The position numbers and the translations under genes were made by a program. Below, one piece after another: positions 19,635 through 28,554 of a stretch of DNA of 64,000 nucleotides. The DNA comes from Candidatus Thorarchaeota archaeon. Its GTDB lineage: Archaea; Asgardarchaeota; Thorarchaeia; Thorarchaeales; Thorarchaeaceae. A model generated the notes under the pieces. That model did not search any database. It was not told the DNA's origin and saw nothing but the letters and a program-made list of their open reading frames with translations. Numbering within the stretch: the first letter of the stretch is position 1; each line of letters begins with the position of its first letter. The DNA lies in assembly GCA_048884965.1 (NCBI GenBank), contig JBHLQH010000009.1, forward strand, positions 66,496 through 130,495. Direction: 5' to 3'.

Positions 19635-19652
19635 TCGCCTCCTTCTCTTTTT
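19623..19652 (+). terminator. Stem-loop plus pyrimidine/U-tract terminator of micropeptide operon
   Basis: GAGGCGAC-CTA-GTCGCCTC followed by CTTCTCTTTTT. Confidence 0.7.
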
Positions 19653-19679
19653 GAAACAGGCTCTATTGATACTGTACAG

Positions 19680-20489
19680 CTACTTTCTGAAGACGATTTG
19701 GTAGAATGTGTCATTCATTACGTAGGTGACTTCTACTTCCTTTGCTCTTTCAGGAAGGTATTCCAGAGGTGGTTTGGCGGCAAAGAGGCTATTCGCCTTT
19801 ATGATCTCTTGACCTCTGTCAGTCCCTCGCAGTCTGGGAGAAACTCCCTCATCGATCACAATGACAAATCCATCCTTCTTTACAATTCTGAGCATCTCTT
19901 CTAAGGCTCCGGATATATCTGAGAAAGTATTGATTCCTCCAGTATGTAGCACGATATCGAAGGTATTGTCAGGATAGGGAATATTAAACACACTACCATG
20001 TACAAGATTGATTGTTAGACCGAGCTTCCCTGCTTTTCTTTGGGCAACGTGAAGCATCCCCCATGAGACATCAAGTCCATGCAGATTGAAACGTCCCATC
20101 TTTCCTTTGAATGCACTCTCAAGAGCTTCAAAGTTAGCTGCTGTGCCTATGCTCACGTCAATGATCTTTGACGGACCTTCTATTGGTATGAACTGGGTGA
20201 ATCCTTGTCGTTCCTTGTTTATATCTATATCAAGCCACTCATTGTACTGCTTGACAGCTTCATCATACCCCTCTGCCATCTGATCATATTCCTCAATCCA
20301 TTTCTTGTCCTCGTCGGTCAGATCTGGGAAAAGAAGTGAGGGGATTCCATCAATGATTGGCCAATGATGGCCCTTCTCACAGGTCAAGGATCCGTTATCA
20401 ACGCCATCAGTCTGCTCTGTCACATCTGATATCCTAAGGCCGTTTTTGCATTTTGGACATCGTAGAAGATTAAGGTGTGGTGTTTGCAT
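19680..20489 (-). CDS. Class I SAM-dependent methyltransferase with N-terminal Trm112-like zinc-ribbon domain
   Basis: LLRCPKC...LTCEKGH.WPI.DGIP.L, then IDVSIGTA, GLD.S.GML, PYPDNTFD and EMLRIVK.DG. Confidence 0.85.
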   Translation of the reverse strand: MQTPHLNLLRCPKCKNGLRISDVTEQTDGVDNGSLTCEKGHHWPIIDGIPSLLFPDLTDEDKKWIEEYDQMAEGYDEAVKQYNEWLDIDINKERQGFTQFIPIEGPSKIIDVSIGTAANFEALESAFKGKMGRFNLHGLDVSWGMLHVAQRKAGKLGLTINLVHGSVFNIPYPDNTFDIVLHTGGINTFSDISGALEEMLRIVKKDGFVIVIDEGVSPRLRGTDRGQEIIKANSLFAAKPPLEYLPERAKEVEVTYVMNDTFYQIVFRK

Positions 20490-20565
20490 TGGTAGTCAGA
20501 TTTGAAAGATATCAATCATTTATGAAATAATCGCAAAGTCGTAGGATATGTTATCCTATGTTTCT

Positions 20566-21441
20566 CTAACTCTCTTCTAGGATGCTGTGGATGAGTCCCT
20601 CGATTGTGTATAGGGCGGTCTTAATGACCTGCCATTGAATTGTTACGATAAGTGGGTTCCTGATGTGCAATGCCCAAGGCTTCTGACTCTCAGTCATTGG
20701 TCTGAATATTGCGATACTCTCTATTCCGTCAATCATCATGATTGACATGGCATCTGGATTCCAACCTATATACTGTAGGTCAATCTCCTGCAATACTTGT
20801 CGAAGGTTCTCAACTAGAACCTCCGAACTAGGTATTGCGCTATGAATTTCCATGTAATGCCTGAAGGGCTCAAAGCTCTCCACTAGTGAACCCGTGGTAT
20901 GCAATTCTATATTTACTCCTCTTGCCTTTGCTCCAGAGAATGACGAACGCAGCGGACTAAGAAGGCTTGGAAGTCTGGTCGCTATGAATATGGACCTCTT
21001 TGCCCCTTCCAAGGCTGACATGATCCCGAGATTGATTTGCTCATCTCCCTGTGTCGTCCAGACGAACTCCTCTTCAACAGACTCTCTTTCGCTCTCAAGA
21101 TTCTCAAGTGCAGCAAGTGCTGACTCACTAGAGGATTCTAGCTTCTTTCGAAGGAACTCAATAGTCGTTCTTGGTGGTGCTGCCTTGAATGTCGCAGGTT
21201 CTCTTCCGAGAACTCGCTGGATTATCCCCCGCTTCTCCAGCAAACCAACCGTTTCGTAGACCTTGCTTCTTGGGATGCCAGAGACCTCTGCAATCTCTCG
21301 TGCAGTTGAGTTTCCTTGTTGCACCAGGGCCTTGTAGGCCCGAGCCTCGTTGAGTGTAAGACCAAGCCGTATTAGGTCATCTATGACAGAATCTGAGAGC
21401 AATCTTATCGCCAACCTTACTAGTACACCATCACATATCAA
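20566..21441 (-). CDS. TrmB-family transcriptional regulator
   Basis: LGLT.NEA.AY..L, A.EIA..SGIPRSKVYE...L..RG, followed by a sugar-binding/PLD-like C-domain. The exact start is uncertain and may be a few codons downstream. Confidence 0.9.
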   Translation of the reverse strand: MICDGVLVRLAIRLLSDSVIDDLIRLGLTLNEARAYKALVQQGNSTAREIAEVSGIPRSKVYETVGLLEKRGIIQRVLGREPATFKAAPPRTTIEFLRKKLESSSESALAALENLESERESVEEEFVWTTQGDEQINLGIMSALEGAKRSIFIATRLPSLLSPLRSSFSGAKARGVNIELHTTGSLVESFEPFRHYMEIHSAIPSSEVLVENLRQVLQEIDLQYIGWNPDAMSIMMIDGIESIAIFRPMTESQKPWALHIRNPLIVTIQWQVIKTALYTIEGLIHSILEES

Positions 21442-21446
21442 TTAGT

Positions 21447-21558
21447 TGTCACTCTAGGAGTTACACATTTACATGTCTTCAACAACTCTGAGTTTTCAAG
21501 AACTCAGAGCTCCTTTGGAAATTCGACTCTCGAATATGATGTTACTCCCTTCGTGACA
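21447..21558. promoter_or_regulatory. Two palindromic operator candidates TGTYAC-N7-GTKACA between trmB-like and ABC genes
   Basis: TGTCAC-TCTAGGA-GTTACA (21447-21465) and TGTTAC-TCCCTTC-GTGACA (21540-21558). An additional inverted repeat CTCTGAGTT-N6-AACTCAGAG lies at 21486-21509. Confidence 0.6.
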
Positions 21559-21595
21559 TCAGTGCTATATTCTCCGTTGTCAAGTAGAGTATGAG

Positions 21596-22558
21596 TTGAT
21601 GTTGTTGATTGAAATAGAACATCTAAGCCATATCTACTCAGGTGAGATAAAAGCGCTTGATGACCTCTCTTTCAAAGTAGAGCGAGGAGAGGTTATTGGG
21701 CTGCTAGGTCCAAATGGAGCCGGTAAGTCTACCTGTGTGAAGATGATAACAGGAGCGCTTAAGCCAACTGCTGGTAGTGTCCGGGTTTCTAACTATGAGG
21801 TTTCTGAGAATCTAAGGGCAGTCCGTCGCCTCATAGGTGTGATGCCCCAAGAAACTGCTCTCTATAGAGATCTCACTGCTCAAGAAACCCTTGAATATCA
21901 TGCTGACATCTATGGGGTACCAAAAGAGGAACGAGATGATAGGATCGCAGAGATGCTTGAGCTTGCAGGTCTTACAGCGCGTAAGGATGACCTTGTCAAG
22001 ACATACTCGGGTGGTATGAAACGTAGGCTTGCCCTTGTTCGTGCCCTACTCCATAAGTCCGAGCTGCTGATATTGGATGAGATGAGCTTGGGCGTTGATG
22101 TCCAGAGTCGTGCTCTTATTTGGCAGCAGGTCAAGCTGCTCAAGAAACAAGGTAAGACCGTTCTCTTCTGTACGAACTACATGGATGAAGCTGATGAGCT
22201 GGCCGACAGGTTGGTAGTCATAGATCGTGGAAAGCTTATGGCTGAAGGTTCTCCAAGAAGTCTCAAACAAGCACATGTGGGAAACTACATCATTGAAGTA
22301 GAGCTAGAAGGTCTCACTGAAGGACAAGGAGAGTCATGGATCAGTGAGCAGGTGGGACTTCAGGTCGACAAGGTAACTGAATACAAGGAAATGCACTCAC
22401 GAACAGCACGCATCTGGAGTGTGGAGGGATACAAGGATCTCCCACTAGTGATACGGGTCCTTTCAGAGCGTGGGATTGTAGTGAAGCAAGCATCAATGCG
22501 AGCTCCTTCACTTGGCGATGTGTTCCTGACAATAACTGGTTCGAAGCTGAGGGATTAG
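21596..22558 (+). CDS. ABC-2 (DrrA-like) exporter ATP-binding subunit
   Basis: Walker A GPNGAGKS, signature YSGGM, Walker B LILDE, C-terminal PSL.DVFL.ITG. Confidence 0.93.
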   Translation: MMLLIEIEHLSHIYSGEIKALDDLSFKVERGEVIGLLGPNGAGKSTCVKMITGALKPTAGSVRVSNYEVSENLRAVRRLIGVMPQETALYRDLTAQETLEYHADIYGVPKEERDDRIAEMLELAGLTARKDDLVKTYSGGMKRRLALVRALLHKSELLILDEMSLGVDVQSRALIWQQVKLLKKQGKTVLFCTNYMDEADELADRLVVIDRGKLMAEGSPRSLKQAHVGNYIIEVELEGLTEGQGESWISEQVGLQVDKVTEYKEMHSRTARIWSVEGYKDLPLVIRVLSERGIVVKQASMRAPSLGDVFLTITGSKLRD

Positions 22559-22560
22559 AG

Positions 22561-23691
22561 TTGATGCGTGAGTTACTTGCTATAATTAGAAAGGATTTGA
22601 GAGTCGCACGAAGAGACCCCAGATTCCTTGGTCCCTCTCTCATCGTGCCCTTCGTTCTTCTAAGCGTCTATGTCATCCTGTGGTCATCCTTCGGAGGAGG
22701 TGAAGCCTTTACGTGTGGCCTAGTTGTTCAGGATGATACTGTCTATGGTGAGGAGATGGCTGAGATAATCGAAGGGATGCGATCATCGACCAATCACACT
22801 TGGTTCTCCATAACGAGATATGACCTTACAGAAGCAGAGAACCATTTCCTGTCAGGTGACTTGATTGCATACATAGTAATACCATCTGGTTTTGGGGCGA
22901 ACATCTCTAGTGAGAATGATGCACAGTTAATCATGTATGTGAATAACATCAATGATGATATAGTCAAGAACTATGTGCATAGGATTGAAGCAGCTGTCCT
23001 CCTGTACAATCAAGGTGCTCTATCTCCTGACTTTGACCAAAGTGAGGCCATGGTCTCCCTAGAAGAATATCACTCACTGGCACTGACACCAGGAAATACA
23101 GAATATGCTGGAGCTGCTGCAATCATTCTCTCGTTGATTACATGCACTCTTGCCGGCCAAGGAATGAACACTGCTGCTGACTATGAGAATAAGGCAATTG
23201 AGGATACGCTAAACTCACCTGTTTCAAGAGTTGTCCTTATGTTAGGACATTCTCTATCAGCAGTTCCTCGATCATTATTTGTTCTGGTCATCAGCTTTCC
23301 AATCGTTTCGATTATTCTGAATATCTCTCCTGTCGGGAACCCTGTTCTTTTGCTCGCAGTGCTCATACTCTCTGCACTCGCATTGACCCCTCTTGGAGAG
23401 CTCATAGGCATCCTCACAAAGGAAAAGGAGAAGGCGCTGCTGGCATCGGTTCTTCTTACAATCATCGGTTTTCTTGCAGGTGGAGGATTAGCGCCAGTAT
23501 CTCTGATGCCTATTCAATTCAGAATGGTTGCACTAATGATCCCAGTCACTCACGTGATTATCCTATGGACTCGCTTGTTCTATTTCGATACGACATTGGG
23601 TCTTGTTTCCAGCTCACTTGCTCTGGTAGTGTTCTGGCTACTTTTCACAGCTGCTGTTGTCTTTGTCACAAAGAAGGAGGTCGAGAGGTAA
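22561..23691 (+). CDS. ABC-2 type permease
   Basis: N-terminal TM, an extracellular domain, then several TMs; cotranscribed with the ATPase. Confidence 0.88.
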   Translation: MMRELLAIIRKDLRVARRDPRFLGPSLIVPFVLLSVYVILWSSFGGGEAFTCGLVVQDDTVYGEEMAEIIEGMRSSTNHTWFSITRYDLTEAENHFLSGDLIAYIVIPSGFGANISSENDAQLIMYVNNINDDIVKNYVHRIEAAVLLYNQGALSPDFDQSEAMVSLEEYHSLALTPGNTEYAGAAAIILSLITCTLAGQGMNTAADYENKAIEDTLNSPVSRVVLMLGHSLSAVPRSLFVLVISFPIVSIILNISPVGNPVLLLAVLILSALALTPLGELIGILTKEKEKALLASVLLTIIGFLAGGGLAPVSLMPIQFRMVALMIPVTHVIILWTRLFYFDTTLGLVSSSLALVVFWLLFTAAVVFVTKKEVER

Positions 23692-24848
23692 TGAATCCGT
23701 TCCTTAGAGTCTTGGAATCGACAATTAGAAAGGAATTCAGAATCCTGCGTAGGAACAAAGCCAAGATTGGACTCGTAGTTCTCTCGCCCTTAATGTTCTG
23801 GTCAGGATTCGTCTTACTAATGGGCGGTGTCTACTCACAGGGTATCGAAGCTGGTTTGGTGGTGCTCGAAACCAATCCCGGGTACTATACAAATGGGCTC
23901 ATTGAGATCTTGGGGGAGCATGATGAGATCCCTCCAAGCCTCGTTCTTCTTGAGATGGACAATGACACAGCCTATAGCCTCTTTGCATCAGGAGAAATCA
24001 TGTTAGTGATTGTAATCCCTGAAGACTTCGAGGAAGCCCTTGGTCAGAATGAAACTACAAACATCAAGATTTGGGTCAATAATGTGCATGAAGACATGAC
24101 AAAGAATCTGCGCATGCCCGTCATTCGAAAGCTGGATATCTTCTATCAAACATATCTGGATGATGCTCCTCTTGTAGACTTTGACTATGAATTGCTGCGC
24201 ACCTTTACATATCCACGTCTTGGCTATATGGCATGGACCATGTCTATCTATGCAGTGATGTTTGGCGCTATGTTCTCGTCAGGATCAATGATCACACAGG
24301 AATTTGAGAACGAAACATTCGAGGAGTTGGAGATGGCCAATCAATCACCTATAGCCATCAATGCGGGAAAGATGCTCACAGGTATGTCAGTTGGGTTCAT
24401 AGCACCCCCTATCCTGATGATTATCGGTCTGCTGGGATTTGGAGTCTGGCCTAGTGGTAGCATCGGAGTATATCTCCTACTAACCATACCCTTGGCAATT
24501 ATAGCATCAGGGATTGGTATTGTTCTTGGAGCAATAGCAAGGAGTTCCATCTATGTAGTCCCCCTCGCTGCACTCTCCTCGCTATTCTATTGGATCATGG
24601 GCGGTGGTATGGCACCTCTGCTGCTTGCTGGTCTTGGATTCGATTGGGTTGATTCATATTCTCCCATTTCGAATGCCTATCGTTCATTGACAAGTATGTT
24701 TGTGGATGGTAACTATGCTTCACTCATTGTTGATTTGGGAGTTCTTGGGATATCGATCCTCGCCACTCTCATAATTGCTCCCCTCGTGACAGATAGGCTT
24801 TCAAGGGTCAAGTATCCGAGTATATCACGGCCTAAGAGGCGGAGATGA
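23691..24848 (+). CDS. ABC-2 type permease (second subunit)
   Basis: Start reassigned to ATG 23691, overlapping the upstream TAA with GAGG upstream; same topology as the previous permease. Confidence 0.87.
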   Translation: MNPFLRVLESTIRKEFRILRRNKAKIGLVVLSPLMFWSGFVLLMGGVYSQGIEAGLVVLETNPGYYTNGLIEILGEHDEIPPSLVLLEMDNDTAYSLFASGEIMLVIVIPEDFEEALGQNETTNIKIWVNNVHEDMTKNLRMPVIRKLDIFYQTYLDDAPLVDFDYELLRTFTYPRLGYMAWTMSIYAVMFGAMFSSGSMITQEFENETFEELEMANQSPIAINAGKMLTGMSVGFIAPPILMIIGLLGFGVWPSGSIGVYLLLTIPLAIIASGIGIVLGAIARSSIYVVPLAALSSLFYWIMGGGMAPLLLAGLGFDWVDSYSPISNAYRSLTSMFVDGNYASLIVDLGVLGISILATLIIAPLVTDRLSRVKYPSISRPKRRR

Positions 24849-24875
24849 GGTCTCTATAGGGTTGGGACTTGTTTC

Positions 24876-25718
24876 TCAACCCTTTGCTGGGGATCCAATG
24901 GAGTACATCATGTTAGAGAATGAAGGCATCTCCATCCTACTACGCACCATTCTAATTGAGAAGAACTTCTCGTGAAGACCCACTCTGTTCAAAGTATCAA
25001 GAGCGTTCTGATTCGTTTCTAAGACTCCTATTGACAAGGATTGACTCTTTCTTGCTCTTGCAACTGCATTGATAAGATCTCCTGCATTTTCATGGTGATT
25101 TGAAATAATCCAAGGAGCGATTCGTACTGTACTCCCTCTATCACTGGCCATGATGAAACCATCCACTCTATCTTCACCACTATCGATGACATAGCAAAGA
25201 TCTGGAAACTCCCTATATCGATGTTTCAAGAAATGCGATCGGTTTCCTGCAAATGCTCTTTCATCCAGACGGAGGAGTCCTTCGAGGTCATCATCAGTTG
25301 CTTTTCTTACATTCCTAACCTCTGTCGCATCCGGGATACCGCTCAAGCGTAAGGACTTACAACATCTTTTGAATCCCAATCCTTCGTATATTGGAGCCGC
25401 ATCAGGGACTGCATCAAGCATCATAGTCATTGCCTGATTACTCTCCAAGTAGCTGATAGCGTGTTTCATGAGGGTAGTTCCGATCCCTTTCTTTCTATGG
25501 TCTTTCAATACAATGAGACTACCAATGAACCCAATTGTTCCATAGGCAACAGCACTGATCATACCTATGGACTGGCCATTTTCCAATGCAATGAATGCCG
25601 CTTGTGGACTATGGGAGATGAGCATCTCAAAGTCACTTCGAATGTCCGACCAGCCCTCGCTGGATGTGAGCTGCAGTGCAAAGTCAATATCCTCATTCTC
25701 CATGAATCGAACTCTCAT
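24876..25718 (-). CDS. GNAT-family N-acetyltransferase (tandem GNAT, YitH-like)
   Basis: Acetyl-CoA motif V..DHRKKGIGT.L and YEGLGF; second degenerate GNAT domain. Confidence 0.88.
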   Translation of the reverse strand: MRVRFMENEDIDFALQLTSSEGWSDIRSDFEMLISHSPQAAFIALENGQSIGMISAVAYGTIGFIGSLIVLKDHRKKGIGTTLMKHAISYLESNQAMTMMLDAVPDAAPIYEGLGFKRCCKSLRLSGIPDATEVRNVRKATDDDLEGLLRLDERAFAGNRSHFLKHRYREFPDLCYVIDSGEDRVDGFIMASDRGSTVRIAPWIISNHHENAGDLINAVARARKSQSLSIGVLETNQNALDTLNRVGLHEKFFSIRMVRSRMEMPSFSNMMYSIGSPAKG

Positions 25719-25864
25719 GATGATGCGCTCCTGCTACTCACATCACTAACTAGTATATCATTCTACACTTCAAAGTAAGAATCTGAGTTTGAGCAACTCG
25801 GCATGCTATTATACTGGTACTGCACATGTAGTAGGTCGTACTCTTGATTCAAGGAGAGAGAGAA

Positions 25865-27208
25865 ATGTCGAACGAAGATTCTACTGTTACTGAAACTCCT
25901 GTGACAAAGAACGAGTCTGAACCGATGCGTTGGCTCTATGTCTTCGTCATAGGACTTGGATTCTTTACGACTGGAGTCAGCTGGAGTGTCTACAACAGCT
26001 ACCTTCCTGCTGATTTCCTGCCGTTATTCATCCAAGGTCCCATTCAGAACACACTCATTGGTCTCATAATGGTACTTGATAACGTGTTTGCACTTTTCCT
26101 GCAGCCGTATATTGGTGCTCGATCAGACCGCGAACGCTCCAAGCTAGGTAGGCGAATGCCATACATTCTAATCGGCACTCCTGCTGCAGCAGTCTTCTTT
26201 GCGCTTATTGCACTCGGGTGGGCCGCATTCAGCTTCTGGTTGATGTTCTTCTTCATCACAGTGTTCAATGTGTCAATGGCATACTACAGGGCACCTGTTG
26301 TTGCGCTGATGCCTGATGTTGTATCGTCTGAGCATCGCAGCAAAGCGAATGGTGTCATCAATCTAATGGGCGGCGTTGGTGCCATTTACGCATTTGCTAT
26401 AGCCTCTCAAATCTACAAGATAAAGGATCCCGGACTTGCAGCACTCTTTGGAACGACAACCACAAGAATAGGGCCTATCCTAACGTTCCTCACCACCTCT
26501 GTGATTATGATCGTGGCTACAATCATTCTCTTTGTAATTGTTAGGGAACCTGAGGTGCCGCCTATCGATCCAAACAAACCGAAGGAAGTCGGAATAGTTG
26601 AGGCGATAAAGCAAGTTTCCTTTGGTACTGATAAATCGGTCATTGCCCTCCTCCTTGCCATCCTTTTCTGGTTCTTTGGGTGGAATGCCATGGAAACTTG
26701 GTACACCAAATATGGTGGAGAGGTTCTTGGATTCGCAACCGCTGATGCCGCATTCCAGCTGACCGCATTTGCATTATCATTCGTCATTTTTGCCATTCCT
26801 GGAGGATTACTAGCAGGGAAACTTGGTCGAAAGAGGACGATCCTTGGAGGGCTCATCATCATGATAGCTGGAATTGCGCTGCTGTTCGTCATAACAGACT
26901 ATTACATCATGATGATTATCCTCGTGATCGCTGGCCTCGGATGGGCGATGGTCAACGTTAATTCCATAGTGATGGTATGGGAAGCACTTGGGAAATCTCG
27001 GATAGGCGCAGGAACAGGGCTCTACTACCTATTCAGCATGAGCGCTGCCATCTTTGGCCCTCTTGTCAGCGGTATCATCTTTGATTTAACCTCGATATCG
27101 ATTCTGTTCCCACTTTCAATCGCATTCTTGGTCATCGCCTTCGTTTTCATGCTCGGAGTCAAGACTGGAGAGGTTGGCGACGAAGCGACTTCTGAGCATG
27201 CCGCATAA
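25865..27208 (+). CDS. MFS transporter (SLC45/maltose-like sugar:cation symporter)
   Basis: QPYIGARSDR..S.LGRRMPYI, RAPVVALMPD, RSKANGVIN.MGG; about 12 TMs. Start placed at the ATG after GGAGAG. Confidence 0.88.
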   Translation: MSNEDSTVTETPVTKNESEPMRWLYVFVIGLGFFTTGVSWSVYNSYLPADFLPLFIQGPIQNTLIGLIMVLDNVFALFLQPYIGARSDRERSKLGRRMPYILIGTPAAAVFFALIALGWAAFSFWLMFFFITVFNVSMAYYRAPVVALMPDVVSSEHRSKANGVINLMGGVGAIYAFAIASQIYKIKDPGLAALFGTTTTRIGPILTFLTTSVIMIVATIILFVIVREPEVPPIDPNKPKEVGIVEAIKQVSFGTDKSVIALLLAILFWFFGWNAMETWYTKYGGEVLGFATADAAFQLTAFALSFVIFAIPGGLLAGKLGRKRTILGGLIIMIAGIALLFVITDYYIMMIILVIAGLGWAMVNVNSIVMVWEALGKSRIGAGTGLYYLFSMSAAIFGPLVSGIIFDLTSISILFPLSIAFLVIAFVFMLGVKTGEVGDEATSEHAA

Positions 27209-27217
27209 TTAGATTCT

Positions 27218-27248
27218 GGGAGCTTCGGCTCCCCCTCTTTTCTTCTTC
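27218..27248 (+). terminator. UUCG-tetraloop hairpin terminator after MFS gene
   Basis: GGGAGC-TTCG-GCTCCC followed by CCTCTTTTCTTCTTC. Confidence 0.72.
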
Positions 27249-27390
27249 ATCACGATACGTAAGTTACTTGAGAGAATCCCTTCATATTGCCACAAACGAG
27301 TCGTTTCTTTCAATGCTTGAGATCGATGTCCATATTCCAGAACGAACATGAGCATCTTTGTGTGCAGACAGAGCATCTCATAGCATATAG

Positions 27391-27416
27391 AAAAAAGGAG
27401 AGAGTATTCTCTCTCC
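27391..27416 (-). terminator. Hairpin plus U6 terminator of minus-strand secreted-protein gene
   Basis: GGAGAGAG-TATT-CTCTCTCC preceded on the + strand by AAAAAA. Confidence 0.7.
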
Positions 27417-27441
27417 AAAAAGTAGAATCTTGCTAAGTGTA

Positions 27442-27996
27442 CTAAGCTGTCATATAGACTTGTACGACGGGTTGTCCCAGAATCCATGCCGAATCTGACA
27501 AATCCGAATCGGGATTTGCATCATTGAAGAAGATGTATACCGTATTTCCTTCAGCAGCTGATCCAAGGTTAATAGTGATATATGCACCATTCAGATAATT
27601 GCTTGGAGAATAGGTATAGACTCCCCAATAACCTGACCCCGCGGCTACACTTACTTTCATCGCCTCATTATGGTACAAGCCAAAGAAGTAGAAATACGCC
27701 TTAAAGTAGAATCTGACTCGTACTCCTGAAATATCAACACCTCCTGGAATATTGCTTGGGGTGCGCCATGAGGCACTGAAAACATATCGTGCTGATCCGC
27801 CTGGTGGCGTAATTAGTCCCTCAGAGGCTGTTTGCGTACTTGGGTAGTATTGAGAATTGAGAATCAATGTTGGTCCTGTCATACTCACATCTACCCATTC
27901 ACCGGTTGGACCCGCCTGAGTAGGTATAGGTGCCACACTGATAGATACCAAGAAAACTAATGCTGCCATTAGAATTTGGATTCTTCTATTATTCAC
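27442..27996 (-). CDS. Secreted beta-rich hypothetical protein
   Basis: Signal-peptide-like N terminus (basic residues, hydrophobic stretch, TQA); GGAGG SD before GTG; own terminator. Confidence 0.72.
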   Translation of the reverse strand: MNNRRIQILMAALVFLVSISVAPIPTQAGPTGEWVDVSMTGPTLILNSQYYPSTQTASEGLITPPGGSARYVFSASWRTPSNIPGGVDISGVRVRFYFKAYFYFFGLYHNEAMKVSVAAGSGYWGVYTYSPSNYLNGAYITINLGSAAEGNTVYIFFNDANPDSDLSDSAWILGQPVVQVYMTA

Positions 27997-28554
27997 TATT
28001 TGATATTCCTCCTAATGAGCTTCAACACTAAGAATGATTGTCAACACATTGACCTGATTTTTCATTCATCAAGTCATTTGATATTGAAACCCTATCCTTG
28101 TCGAAACTCCACACATGCAAATGCCTAACTGCCTATACTCTGTTTTTGTGTTGTGAAATACACCTTTCATGCTATATCGAAATAATCCATAGCAGCTTGA
28201 TTCTAAGGATATCATTTGATTAATGGATATACTGATTCTCTTTCCATATGAGTTCGAACCACATTTCATGAAGCGTCAGACTCGTCCTTGACAACCTCTA
28301 TCTGTACAGAGAGGTGGAGCAAGGATTCCCCCGTATCGTCGCAATAGGGTCGAAATTGTGAGGTGTCTTCGCTATCTACTTCAGTTGACATATATCTAGT
28401 AATGTGTTCAAATCAATTCAGTATTGAGTATCAAATACAAAGCCACTCATAGAAACTTATTGCGTTTTTTAGAATCCCATATCCTCTCATAGCTCGAAAA
28501 GGACCTTTATAGATTGTATTTGTGAAAGATGACAGAGACTTCGAAACACACACT

